64,000 bases of DNA, taken from positions 53,144 through 117,143 of the forward strand of contig JBMONI010000024.1 in NCBI GenBank assembly GCA_049324575.1, given 5' to 3'. The notes under the pieces are model-generated. The model was given only the letters and a program-made list of their open reading frames with translations. It ran no database searches and had not been told where the DNA came from. This document shows, one piece after another, positions 18,661 to 28,435 of this stretch (the first letter of the stretch is position 1; each line of letters opens with the position of its first letter). The position numbers were made by a program, and so were the translations under genes. Origin of the DNA: Candidatus Omnitrophota bacterium (GTDB lineage Bacteria > Omnitrophota > Omnitrophia > Omnitrophales > Aquincolibacteriaceae).

Positions 18661-18905
18661 ACACGGTTAGCTTAGATCCCTCATGTCTGAGGAAAATGAA
18701 GGCCAAGTAAAATCTGTGTAAAGGAAAAGGCGAAACGAAGCTGTCCCGCGCCGCAGGAAGGAAGAATCAAAATATGCCCGCAGGAGAAAGCGTAGGGTCC
18801 TTTGAAGAGGCCAAGGCCTCCCTTGGCATGTTCAAGGCAAAATTGGGCTCACACGTCCGTTCGAGGACGTCGAGGCTGGCTTTCAAACGAGGGAGAGAAA
18901 TTTGA

Positions 18906-20693
18906 TCAGGAAGCCGCAGGCAGGGTAAAGGAAAAAACGGAGCCTTGCCCCAACCGGCTCGAGCAATGGACCGCGCCGCTGTGGGCCTCAATGATATGCT
19001 TGACGATGGCAAGCCCAAGCCCGGTCCCGCCCAATTCCCGGGAACGGGCTTTGTCGGCACGGAAAAACCTTTCGAAGATCCTCGGGATCACCTTTTCCGG
19101 GATCCCGATCCCCGTATCCTCGATCTCAACACGAACGATCGCTCCATCCCGGCAGGCCGAGAAACGGATCAAGCCGCCCTCTTTGTTGAATTTGACCGCA
19201 TTATCGACAAGATTGACGAGCACTTGCTGCAATCGGTCAGGATCGGCAGAAACAAAGATCGCCGGTTCTGCGCCGATCGCATTATCGATCCGGATCTTTT
19301 TTCTCGCGAGAGATGGCGCCGAGGCTTCAAGGACTTTTCCGATCTCCGCCCGGAGATCGAGCCGCTTACAGCTCAGCGGGACCTCCCCGGATTCGATCTT
19401 CGAAAGCTCCAGCAGATCGTCGATCAGCCGGGTCAAACGGTCCGTATCCTCCTGCATCATCTGCAAGAAATGTTTTTCCTGCTCGCGCCCCGATGAAAGC
19501 TCCGTCAATAACGTCTCCAGGAACCCTCTAATCGAAGTCAGCGGCGTCCGAAGCTCATGAGAAACGTTCGCCACAAAATCCCTGCGCAGGTTTTCGAGCC
19601 GCCGAACGTCCGTCACATCATGAAGAACGAGAATCCCACAAAGGGCCCCTTCCGTCTTGGAGATCCCGATCGCATTTCCGCGGAGGACCGACCGTTCCGG
19701 AAGCCCCAGTTCGATCTCTTGAGCCACGACGCCGCTCGACTGGACGGCCTCGCGCATCATTTGATCGATCTTCGGATTGCGGGTGATCTCCATCAGGCTC
19801 CGCCCGATCATTTGATCGTGGGAGGTCCGGAACATCTTCGCCACCGCCGGATTGGCCATCAGAACGCAGTTCGCCCGATCCACGGCCAGCACCCCTTCGA
19901 TCATATGATCAAGCACCGCGCCTAATTTTGTTTTTTCGATCTCAAGTTCCTCAATCCTTTTCTGAAGAGCAGCGGCCATTCGGCGCATCGAGGTCGCAAG
20001 GACATTCAGTTCGTCGCTGTCCATAGCCGCCGCAGCCGAGGTCAGATCGCCGGCCCCGTAGCGGCGGGCCGCTTCGACCAGTTCTCCCACACGCCGGGTC
20101 AAACGCCCCCCCATCAAGATCCCGATCACCAGGATCACGGCAATACCCGCCGCCGCGCCAACCAGCATCGGCTTGCGGATCGCGTTGTAAAGCATATGAA
20201 CGTGATGGAGCGGCACGGCAACCCGCATCACCCCCGCCAATCGCCCTTCATCCAGGATGGGCCCCGCGACATAAAGCATTTCGCGGTTCAGAGTCATGCT
20301 AAAACGGACACTCGCACCGATCCTGCCCTGCAAAGCTTCACGCACTTCAGGACGGCTTGCATGATTCTCCATTTGGGTCAACGCTTCAAAGGTCTCTTCG
20401 GAATCCCCCAGGACCGTCCCTTCCGCGTCAATAAGAGTGAGCCGTAAGCCGACATCGCTCCCCAGCTCGTGGGTCAGTGCGAACACTTCCTCCGTTCTTT
20501 TTTCGGTCAAGAGTTTGCCTGGGATCGTATGCGCAAGGAGCCGCACTTCGGTCTTCATGGAGTCCTGAAGCTGCGCAAGCATTTGCTGTTTGAGAGCCTT
20601 AAAGAGGAAAATGCCGGTAAGAATGTAGATCAAAATAAAAAGACTGAGATAAGCCGCAATAACACGCTTTCTAAATCCAAGCGCCAAGAACAT
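18906..20693 (-). CDS. phoR: sensor histidine kinase, PhoR-like (TM-HAMP-PAS-HisKA-HATPase)
   Basis: H-box FVANVSHELRTPLTSIRG. N and G boxes (…VNLVDNAVKF…, DTGIGIPEKVIPRIFERFFR, GGTGLGLAIVK). Overlaps the stop of the upstream OmpR-family RR. Confidence 0.85.
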   Translation of the reverse strand: MFLALGFRKRVIAAYLSLFILIYILTGIFLFKALKQQMLAQLQDSMKTEVRLLAHTIPGKLLTEKRTEEVFALTHELGSDVGLRLTLIDAEGTVLGDSEETFEALTQMENHASRPEVREALQGRIGASVRFSMTLNREMLYVAGPILDEGRLAGVMRVAVPLHHVHMLYNAIRKPMLVGAAAGIAVILVIGILMGGRLTRRVGELVEAARRYGAGDLTSAAAAMDSDELNVLATSMRRMAAALQKRIEELEIEKTKLGAVLDHMIEGVLAVDRANCVLMANPAVAKMFRTSHDQMIGRSLMEITRNPKIDQMMREAVQSSGVVAQEIELGLPERSVLRGNAIGISKTEGALCGILVLHDVTDVRRLENLRRDFVANVSHELRTPLTSIRGFLETLLTELSSGREQEKHFLQMMQEDTDRLTRLIDDLLELSKIESGEVPLSCKRLDLRAEIGKVLEASAPSLARKKIRIDNAIGAEPAIFVSADPDRLQQVLVNLVDNAVKFNKEGGLIRFSACRDGAIVRVEIEDTGIGIPEKVIPRIFERFFRADKARSRELGGTGLGLAIVKHIIEAHSGAVHCSSRLGQGSVFSFTLPAAS

Positions 20694-20695
20694 CC

Positions 20696-21391
20696 CTAAG
20701 CCCCCTCGCAATCGAAACGGTATCCCACATTTTTGATCGTAATGATCCGGTCGGCCTCAGTTTTGATCTTTTTGCGAAGTTGTCCGACATGCATATCGAC
20801 GGTACGCGTTTCGATATTAAGCGATTCATCGTAACCCCACACATGCCCTAAAAGATATTCGCGCGAAAGAGCGCGGCCTTCCGCTTCCATCAAACTCCTG
20901 AGGAGATCGTATTCTTTCGAAGTAAGCTCGATGGGCTTGCCTTTCAAAGAAGCTAGGTGTTTTCCCGTATCAAGCTCGAGAGTCCCCGCTTTGAAGATCC
21001 GATCCTTGGGTTTTTCCTTCGCACGGCGCAAGATCGCCTTGACCCTGGCCACAAGCTCACGCGGGCTAAAGGGTTTGGTGATGTAATCGTCGGCCCCCAC
21101 TTCAAAACCCACGATCTTATCGACCTCTTCCCTTTTCGCCGTAAGCATGACGACCGGAATCGTTGCGGTCTTGTAATTTTGCTTAAGGATTTTGCAGATC
21201 TCAATCCCTTCGAGGCCGGGCAGCATCAAATCGAGAATAATAAGATCGGGAAGTTCGCGCCGGATCTTCTCAAGACCCTCGTCCCCCCGGATCGAAAAGA
21301 GGACGCGGAACCCTTCTTTTTCAAGATTGTATTTGACAAGCTCAACGATGTTTTTTTCGTCTTCGACGACGAGAATTGTCGGTTTGGCCAT
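20696..21391 (-). CDS. phoB: OmpR/PhoB-family response regulator (REC + winged helix)
   Basis: ILVVEDEKNIVELV…, phospho-acceptor D in LIILDLMLPG, MLTAK. C-terminal trans_reg_C (…TRTVDMHVGQLRKKI…). Confidence 0.9.
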   Translation of the reverse strand: MAKPTILVVEDEKNIVELVKYNLEKEGFRVLFSIRGDEGLEKIRRELPDLIILDLMLPGLEGIEICKILKQNYKTATIPVVMLTAKREEVDKIVGFEVGADDYITKPFSPRELVARVKAILRRAKEKPKDRIFKAGTLELDTGKHLASLKGKPIELTSKEYDLLRSLMEAEGRALSREYLLGHVWGYDESLNIETRTVDMHVGQLRKKIKTEADRIITIKNVGYRFDCEGA

Positions 21392-21484
21392 AACCGTCCC
21401 TCCCGCCTAGAATCCATCTTTCCCGGGCGAGGGTCAAGTAAAGAACTTGTAAAAAACGGCGTTCCCGTCAGGAAAAACGCGCGT

Positions 21485-22063
21485 TCAGAGCTCCCGCACC
21501 GTCACTTTTTTCATCTCGATCGTGCTGAGCGGCTTGTCCTGACGGTCTCGGGGCGCATTGACGATCTTGGTCACGACATCCATCCCCGCGGTCACCTTTC
21601 CGAAAATCGAATGCCGGTTATCCAGCCAAGGCGTTGCGGCAACGGTAATGAAGAACTGACTTCCATTCGTGTTGGGACCCGCATTCGCCATCGAGAGAAT
21701 GCCCGGCTGGTCATGCTTGAGGTCCGGTGAAAATTCATCCTCGAATTGATAGCCGGGGCCGCCCCGCCCGGTCCCGGTCGGATCGCCGGTCTGGACCATA
21801 AAGTCCGGGATCACGCGATGAAAAATGATCCCGTCATAAAAACCCTTCTTCGCAAGGTCCGTAAAATTCTTCACCGTGCGGGGCGCTTTGTCGTTGAAAA
21901 GTTCCGCTTCGATCGTTCCGAGGGTCGTTTCAATGCTCACTTTCACGATGGCAGGCTCCTTGGTTTGTGCCGGAGGCAGATCGGCCGAGGCCCCAGAAGC
22001 CCACGCCATGATCCCCCAAATACCAACGGCGGTTGATAAAAAAAAGAAACAGTTCCTATTCAT
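21485..22063 (-). CDS. secreted cyclophilin-type peptidyl-prolyl cis-trans isomerase
   Basis: [31 protein letters not shown] and the [17 protein letters not shown] cyclophilin signature. Signal peptide after the internal start [27 protein letters not shown]. Confidence 0.9.
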   Translation of the reverse strand: MNRNCFFFLSTAVGIWGIMAWASGASADLPPAQTKEPAIVKVSIETTLGTIEAELFNDKAPRTVKNFTDLAKKGFYDGIIFHRVIPDFMVQTGDPTGTGRGGPGYQFEDEFSPDLKHDQPGILSMANAGPNTNGSQFFITVAATPWLDNRHSIFGKVTAGMDVVTKIVNAPRDRQDKPLSTIEMKKVTVREL

Positions 22064-22136
22064 CCATGCAATCCCTTTTGCGACGCGCATTCTACCACAG
22101 ATCCCCACAAGCAAACCCGGACATTCGCCGCAGCGC

Positions 22137-23984
22137 TCATGCCTTCGGAGCAAGCTTGTCGATCGTCTCCTGCAAAGCGCACCATTCCTCTTCGGCCTCT
22201 TCCAGAGCGACCTGAAGCTCTTTCAGTTTCGCATTCCTCTCGCGCGAAAAGTGAAGCGGATTATGCGACATCGCCTCAAGCAGTTTATCCCGCTCGCGCG
22301 CATAATGATTCATCCGCTGTTCGATTTTTTCCATTTTTTTCTTGAGCTTGGAAAGTTCGGACCGCACCGCGCGCGCGGAAAGCGCTTCGCCGGAAGCGAG
22401 CGCATTCGAAACGGCCGTCCGTGTCTCGGTCGGCGCGGAAGCCTTCTCTTGATGGCGCGGGCCGGCTGGCTCCGCCTCCTTGGCATGCTCGGTTTCTCCC
22501 TGGGCGATCATCTCGAGATGATAGACATAATCCTCATAGATCCCCGGATAGCGGCGGACCGCCCCGTTCTTGACCTCCAGGATCTGGGTCGCCACCAGAT
22601 TCACAAAGGTCCGGTCGTGGCTGATGAAAAAAACGGTCCCTGAGAACCTTTTCAACGCATGCCCGAGCGCCTCTACGGTCTCGAAATCAAGATGGTTGGT
22701 CGGTTCATCAAGAAGCAGGACATGGCATTTGGAGAGCAGGAGGCCGGCAAGCACAAGACGCGCCCGCTCGCCGCCGCTCAGGACCCGGACCTTCTTTTTC
22801 ACATCATCGCCTTTAAAAAGAAAACAGCCGGCCATGGTAAGGATCTCCTGGCTTGTGACCTCCGGCGCGCTCTCCCGCAGAAGATGGGCGTAAATATCGT
22901 CCTCGGCATGAAGTGACGAGAACACATGCTGGGCATAATAGGCGACCCGCAATCCGCTTCCCCAGCGGAAACCACCCTCCCGCGGCGCAAGATCCCCTGC
23001 GATCGTCCTGAGAAATGTCGTCTTCCCCTGCCCGTTATCCCCCAAGACTGCGACATGCTCCCCGCGGTCGATATCGAAAGCGATCCCCCGAGCCACCTCT
23101 TTTTCAGGATACCCGATCGTCAGATCATCACAGGAAAGCGCGAGCCCCGCTTTCCGCTCGACCTCCGGGATATAGATACGGACCGAGCTCACCTGATGCG
23201 CGATCTCGATCGTTTTTAACTTCGAGAGCTGCTTCATTTTCGACTGGGCACGGGAAGCCGTCGACGCCTTGGCTTTGAACCGGTCGATAAAGACCTGCAG
23301 TTGGTCGCGTTTTTTCTGAATGCCCCGGTTATAAGCCTGCTTCCGCGCGTTTTCTTCTTCCTTGAACTCGAAATACTCCTCGATATTGCCCGGATAGAGG
23401 ATGAGCCTTCCCGCTTCAAGTTCGAGCGTATGATCGCAGGTCCGCTTCAGGAATTCACGATCGTGCGAAACGATCAGGTACCCGCCGCCGAAATCGAGCA
23501 GGAAATTCTCCAGAAGGATCATCGTGCTTAAGTCCAGATAATTGCTCGGCTCGTCGAGCAAAAGAAAATTGGGACGCCCGATCAACATCGCCGCAAGTTT
23601 CACGCGGGTCTGGTAGCCTCCCGGAAGGCTCCGGACCAAAACGCCGAGCAGGTCCTGATGGAGCTGGAAGCGAGCGCCGGTCATTCCGCATTCCCAAGGC
23701 TCCGCGCCCGTTTTTCGGACCAAATAGTCCAGGACCGTTTCGCCGTCGCCGAAATCGTCATGTTGTTCGAGGTAGCCCAGCTTGAGCTCGGAATTCCTGA
23801 CGATCGCCCCCTCGTCAGAGGTCTCATGGCCGGTGATAATGCGGCAAAGCGTGGATTTGCCCGCCCCGTTACGGCCGATCATTCCGATCTTTTGATCGTC
23901 TGCAAAAGAGGCGCTCGCCCCGTCGAGGATCACCGCGGCCCCATAGGCTTTGTGGATATTGTTGATCTGAAGAAGAACGGCCAT
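22137..23984 (-). CDS. ABC-F family ATPase (Uup/EttA-like; two ABC domains plus C-terminal coiled coil)
   Basis: Two Walker A motifs (GRNGAGKST; GDNGQGKTT) and two LSGGE signatures (one as [12 protein letters not shown]). Inter-domain linker and C-terminal coiled coil (…[23 protein letters not shown]). No TMD. Confidence 0.9.
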   Translation of the reverse strand: MAVLLQINNIHKAYGAAVILDGASASFADDQKIGMIGRNGAGKSTLCRIITGHETSDEGAIVRNSELKLGYLEQHDDFGDGETVLDYLVRKTGAEPWECGMTGARFQLHQDLLGVLVRSLPGGYQTRVKLAAMLIGRPNFLLLDEPSNYLDLSTMILLENFLLDFGGGYLIVSHDREFLKRTCDHTLELEAGRLILYPGNIEEYFEFKEEENARKQAYNRGIQKKRDQLQVFIDRFKAKASTASRAQSKMKQLSKLKTIEIAHQVSSVRIYIPEVERKAGLALSCDDLTIGYPEKEVARGIAFDIDRGEHVAVLGDNGQGKTTFLRTIAGDLAPREGGFRWGSGLRVAYYAQHVFSSLHAEDDIYAHLLRESAPEVTSQEILTMAGCFLFKGDDVKKKVRVLSGGERARLVLAGLLLSKCHVLLLDEPTNHLDFETVEALGHALKRFSGTVFFISHDRTFVNLVATQILEVKNGAVRRYPGIYEDYVYHLEMIAQGETEHAKEAEPAGPRHQEKASAPTETRTAVSNALASGEALSARAVRSELSKLKKKMEKIEQRMNHYARERDKLLEAMSHNPLHFSRERNAKLKELQVALEEAEEEWCALQETIDKLAPKA

Positions 23985-24012
23985 AAAAAATATCGATCCC
24001 CTAACAAAACGG

Positions 24013-24036
24013 TAGGGCAGGTTTAAACCTGCCCTA
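24013..24036. repeat. 24-bp perfect palindrome TAGGGCAGGTTTAAACCTGCCCTA, a hairpin/terminator-like element
   Basis: Read directly. It sits between the 24185..25402 gene stop and the ABC-F start. A sister element is at 35443..35468. Confidence 0.4.
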
Positions 24037-24184
24037 CAGGCTTTTCCGACAGAAGTCATCCTGAGCGAAGTCCCGCCCCAGGCAGGACGCGGTCGAAGGA
24101 TCTCGCGAATGAAACCCTTCCATCCCGCCCTATAACAGCGGAGCTCCTCTCAGAGTAAGCGGGATTGGAACAATCCCATGTTCC

Positions 24185-25402
24185 TTATTTGAACAATACG
24201 AATTCCCGGACTTTGATGTTGTAAAGGACCCCGGCCATCGTAACGCCCGATTCGACCTTGCCGGCGTTCAGGATCTCGGCCGAATCGCATCCCTGGGCCT
24301 TCATGATCTCGCGCACACGCGCCATGACCTTGTCGCTCAGGTCCCCGCTCGTCAGCACATCGTAGGCGGTCGCGAAACTCAATGTCTTTCCCTGCTTGAG
24401 CCCGATCCCTTCGGGCGTAACCAGGATCTCCGCCTGGGCAGGCCCCCCTTTGAAACTCTCGGCAATGATCTCGGCCTCGTGAAGGATCTTGTAGGCAGCA
24501 AGCCCGCCCTGGGCCCCGGCCGCGATCCGCAAGATCCCCTCCTTCCCGCGAACAGCCTTCAATTTCTCCAGGTAAAAACGGAAATAGGTCACTTCCCGCG
24601 GCGTGTAGTAAGGATGGTTCAGGATCCCGTCCACCGTAACCGGAGAGATCCCGATCGCCAGCAGCGCCTGCTTGTTCGCGGCAAAAATATCGCGGCGGTT
24701 CGCGCTGTCCACGAATTCGTCGGCCGCGGTATTGAGGCTTCCGGCGGTCAGCGTAAGCGAAACAAGCGCCGCGACCGGGATCAGGAGTTTCGCGACCATC
24801 ACCGCGCCTTTGCCGCCCATTTGGGCCTTGGCCATTCCGTCCAGCTTGGTCTGAAGATAGGGATTACGGGAATAGACGTCCACGCCCATTTTCTTGGCGA
24901 GATCGCGTTTGGTGGATCCGGTCATGCGCTCGCCAAAGGACATTTTCTCGCCTTCTTCTTTTTCTTCGAACATCCGCCCGATCCGGCTGCCGAGTTTTTT
25001 CGTGGCCGAGCCGATCCCCGCCGCCGACTCCTTTGGCCGGGTCACAAGATTCTTGATACCGGTCCCCGTGTCTTTGATCGATTCCACCGCTCCCTCGCCG
25101 AACCCGCCCTCCGCCTCTGAGTCCTTCAGCATCTCGAGCGCCTGGATCTCCTTGACGGCTTTGCGCAGATCGGCCAATCCTTCCTCCGTATATTCCCCGT
25201 GCGGCGCGGTGATCTGGAATCTGAGGAATCCCGGATTGCTGGCAGACGCTTTGACGGAGGTCACGGAATAGCGCTGAATGCCTTGCGGCAAAAAATTTTT
25301 CGGAAGATCGAGATCCTTCAGCGAAGCGTAATTGCCCCCGGTGGTCAGTACGAAGGCCAGGAAAAGAGCGATCCAAGAACAGGTTTTTTCATATTTTGCC
25401 AT
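24185..25402 (-). CDS. secreted hypothetical protein (405 aa), last gene of the tolC-macA-macB cluster
   Basis: Signal peptide MAKYEKTCSWIALFLAFVLTTGGNYASL. No recognisable motif. Begins 92 nt downstream of macB on the same strand. Confidence 0.6.
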   Translation of the reverse strand: MAKYEKTCSWIALFLAFVLTTGGNYASLKDLDLPKNFLPQGIQRYSVTSVKASASNPGFLRFQITAPHGEYTEEGLADLRKAVKEIQALEMLKDSEAEGGFGEGAVESIKDTGTGIKNLVTRPKESAAGIGSATKKLGSRIGRMFEEKEEGEKMSFGERMTGSTKRDLAKKMGVDVYSRNPYLQTKLDGMAKAQMGGKGAVMVAKLLIPVAALVSLTLTAGSLNTAADEFVDSANRRDIFAANKQALLAIGISPVTVDGILNHPYYTPREVTYFRFYLEKLKAVRGKEGILRIAAGAQGGLAAYKILHEAEIIAESFKGGPAQAEILVTPEGIGLKQGKTLSFATAYDVLTSGDLSDKVMARVREIMKAQGCDSAEILNAGKVESGVTMAGVLYNIKVREFVLFK

Positions 25403-25493
25403 AAGAGCCTCCGCCCGTTGGGAACAAGACCATTCTACTCCACCGAGGAATAACGATTAAGCGATTTTTAGGCCCTTGAACCGGCGCCCCGGA

Positions 25494-27449
25494 TCATTCG
25501 TAACGCAAGGCCGTGATGGGATCAAGCCGGGAAGCGGTCTTGGCCGGCCAAAGACCGAAAAGGATCCCGACCCCGACGGAAAAAACAAAGGACAAAAACA
25601 CGGAATCAAGCTGGATCACGGTCGCCCAGCCCGCCGTCAAGGTGATCGTCCAGGAGACCGCCATCCCGAGGAGCATGCCCGCGATCCCTCCGAAAAACGT
25701 AACGACGACGGATTCGACCAGAAATTGGACGAGGATATCCGCCGAGGTCGCCCCGAGCGCTTTCCGCAGGCCGATCTCGCGCGTCCTTTCGGTCACCGAA
25801 ACCAGCATGATGTTCATGATCCCGATCCCTCCGACCAAAAGCGAGATCGCCGCGACGGTCCCGAGCAACACGGAAAAGGTCTTCGTGGTCCCTGAAAGCG
25901 CCTCCTGGATCTGCGTGTTATCGCGGATCGTGAACGTATCTTCCTTGCCTTCGGGGATCCGGTACCTTCGGCGGATCATTTCGGCGATCTGCTCCTGAAC
26001 CTCCGGGATCCGCTTGGGATCGGCCACCTGCACTTCAACCTGGTCGAGATATTGGCGGCTGAGGACACGGTACATCGCTGTTTCAAGCGGGATCAGGATC
26101 ATATCATCCCGGTCCCGGAACGCATCCGCCCCCAGGCTGGGCAGGACGCCGATCACCTGGAATTCGGTCCGGTTGATCTTGATCGTCTCCCCGATCACCG
26201 GCCCCTCGCCCAAAAGCTCCCGAACGATCGTCGCTCCCACGACCGCAACGCGACGCCGTTTCTTGTTCTCGTCCGCGGTGAAAAAGCGCCCTTCGGTCAG
26301 CTGGATCTCGCGCATGGGCACATATTCGGGCATCGTGCCCAGGATCCGCGTATTCCAGTTCTCACTCGTGTACTCGATCTGCCCCTGTCCCGACACTTGA
26401 GCGCCCACATACCGGACGCCTTCGATCCCGGACCGGATCGCCGCGACATCTTCAAGCGCAAGCCGGGTCACCGCCCCTTGTTCGAGGGCGATCCCGCGCG
26501 ACTTCTCGGAGCCCGGACGGATCGACAGGATATTGGTTCCGAATCGAGAAAGCTCCTGCATCACCGATTCGCGCGCGCCGCGGCCCAAGGCAAGCATGGC
26601 GATCACGCAGCCGACCCCGATCAGCACGCCGAGCATGGAAAGCAGCGAACGCATCTTGTGCGCAAGGATCGTCTCGAGCGCCTGACCGAAATACTCGGCG
26701 ATATCCCGGACCGAAAACTTTTCGCGGGGAACTTCGGGGACCGCAAGCGGCGCGCCCTCCCGTCCCGCCGCCTCTCCTTTTTTTTCATCCGATTCGATCT
26801 TTCCGTCCATCATACGGAGGATGCGCGTTGCGTGCCGCGCGACCGCATCGTCGTGTGTCACCACGATCACGGTCTGCCCCTGGGCATGGCGGTCGCTCAG
26901 GATCTTCATGATCTCTTCGCGGGCATGAGAATCCAGATTCCCGGTCGGCTCGTCCGCCATGAGGATACGGGGCCGGTTCACAAGCGCGCGCGCAATGGCG
27001 ACCCGCTGCTGCTGTCCCCCGGAAAGCTCATTGGGACGATGGTTCGTGCGATCCTTCAATCCCACATGAGCGAGCGCTTCAAGCGCATCGGTAAAACCCC
27101 CTTCGCGGGCGGTTTTGGAATAGAAACGGGCAAGGAGGACATTGCTGGCGGCCGTCCGGCGGGCCAGGAGATTGAATTGCTGAAAGACGAAACCGATCGC
27201 CTGATTCCTGAGCAGCGCAAGCTGCTCCTCCGTAAGGCGGGTCACATCGGCCCCCGAAAAATACAGGCCCCCCTCATCCGGACGGTCCAGAAGACCCAGG
27301 ATGTGCATAAGCGTGGACTTGCCCGACCCCGACGGTCCCATGATCGCGACGAATTCACCCTCGCGGATCTCGAGCGACACGCCTCGCAGGGCGTGGACCG
27401 AGACCGTCCCGATCCGGTATTTCTTGTGAAGATTTTGCGCGGTGATCAT
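25494..27449 (-). CDS. macB: MacB-type ABC transporter (fused ATPase + FtsX-like permease)
   Basis: N-terminal ABC ([41 protein letters not shown]). Then a large periplasmic domain and four TM helices of the MacB_PCD/FtsX type. 4-nt overlap with macA. Confidence 0.9.
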   Translation of the reverse strand: MITAQNLHKKYRIGTVSVHALRGVSLEIREGEFVAIMGPSGSGKSTLMHILGLLDRPDEGGLYFSGADVTRLTEEQLALLRNQAIGFVFQQFNLLARRTAASNVLLARFYSKTAREGGFTDALEALAHVGLKDRTNHRPNELSGGQQQRVAIARALVNRPRILMADEPTGNLDSHAREEIMKILSDRHAQGQTVIVVTHDDAVARHATRILRMMDGKIESDEKKGEAAGREGAPLAVPEVPREKFSVRDIAEYFGQALETILAHKMRSLLSMLGVLIGVGCVIAMLALGRGARESVMQELSRFGTNILSIRPGSEKSRGIALEQGAVTRLALEDVAAIRSGIEGVRYVGAQVSGQGQIEYTSENWNTRILGTMPEYVPMREIQLTEGRFFTADENKKRRRVAVVGATIVRELLGEGPVIGETIKINRTEFQVIGVLPSLGADAFRDRDDMILIPLETAMYRVLSRQYLDQVEVQVADPKRIPEVQEQIAEMIRRRYRIPEGKEDTFTIRDNTQIQEALSGTTKTFSVLLGTVAAISLLVGGIGIMNIMLVSVTERTREIGLRKALGATSADILVQFLVESVVVTFFGGIAGMLLGMAVSWTITLTAGWATVIQLDSVFLSFVFSVGVGILFGLWPAKTASRLDPITALRYE

Positions 27450-28435
27450 CCCCGGGGCCGCTCGGAGGACCGGCTGCGGTTCGGTGAAAGCGGGTTGGTC
27501 TTTTTCTCAGTGGCGCGCCGGCGGACGATGAGGACTTCATCGCCTTCCTGAAGTCCTTCGAGAACCTCGGTCGACCGGCCGTCCGTTTCCCCGAGCCGGA
27601 CCCGGACCGGAGCGATCGCTCCCCCGAACCGGGAGCGGTAAACCGCGAACACACCTTCCTGCGAAGCACCGGCCGTCTCCCCTTTCCATTCACTGACCGC
27701 TTCCGAGGGGATCAAAAGCACGTCTTTCTTCTCGAGAACAATGAACGTGAGCGTGGCCGTCATCCCGCTCCGGAAATGCTCGGGAACTTTTTCCGGAAGA
27801 ATATCCACCGGGTACATGCTGACGTTGTTGACGATCCGGCTTTCGAAGGCCACATGATCGACCTTGGCCGGAGTCCGTTCTCCCGGATACGCATCCAAAC
27901 GGACCTCCACCGGCTGTTCCAGCTTAACCAACGCCAGGTCGGTCTCATCGACCAGGGCTTCGACGATCAATCGGTCGGCGAGCACGATCACCGCTTCCGA
28001 AGCTGTGACTGTCTGACCGGGCTCTACAGCACGAAGGATGACCGTCCCGTCCAGCGGCGCCACGAGCGGCGCCCGCTTGTAGGCATCTTCCCAGCGCTGG
28101 ACCGCCTCCGGCCCCTGCGAGCGGGCGACATCCAGCAGCGCCGCGCGGTCCGAGGAACTCATCCAGGCGAGGATCTGCCCCTGCTTCACGGTCTGGCCTT
28201 CGCGGACAAGCACCTCCTCGATCCGTCCCGCGATGGAAGGTTTGATCTCGATCCGGTTCTGGGGTTTGACTTCCCCGGTCGAAGAGATCGTCACCGACAG
28301 GTCTCCGCGCCCGGCCTTGGCTTTCCGGATCACTTCAAAACCCTCGGTCCGGGAAGAACAATTCGTCAGGACCACGATCAACGCGATCCCGAGTCCCGCT
28401 CCAGCGATCACCCATTTTGACAACTTATTTTTCAT
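27446..28435 (-). CDS. macA: periplasmic adaptor (membrane fusion protein), MacA/HlyD family
   Basis: N-terminal anchor, biotinyl/lipoyl-like hairpin-forming coiled segment and beta-barrel region. Sits between the tolC-like and macB genes with overlaps. Confidence 0.85.
   Translation of the reverse strand: MKNKLSKWVIAGAGLGIALIVVLTNCSSRTEGFEVIRKAKAGRGDLSVTISSTGEVKPQNRIEIKPSIAGRIEEVLVREGQTVKQGQILAWMSSSDRAALLDVARSQGPEAVQRWEDAYKRAPLVAPLDGTVILRAVEPGQTVTASEAVIVLADRLIVEALVDETDLALVKLEQPVEVRLDAYPGERTPAKVDHVAFESRIVNNVSMYPVDILPEKVPEHFRSGMTATLTFIVLEKKDVLLIPSEAVSEWKGETAGASQEGVFAVYRSRFGGAIAPVRVRLGETDGRSTEVLEGLQEGDEVLIVRRRATEKKTNPLSPNRSRSSERPRG

Noticed and set aside
20690-21260. Hand translation of the printed phoB/phoR junction and of several gene ends (for example 55965/59990 and 62521) appeared shifted by 1 nt or frameshifted relative to the ORF-track proteins
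   Set aside because: The ORF track shows intact ORFs whose lengths are multiples of three. The discrepancies are most likely my character-level reading errors in long lines, not real frameshifts or pseudogenes, so no pseudogene call is made. Coordinates derived by hand should be taken as accurate to within a few bp.
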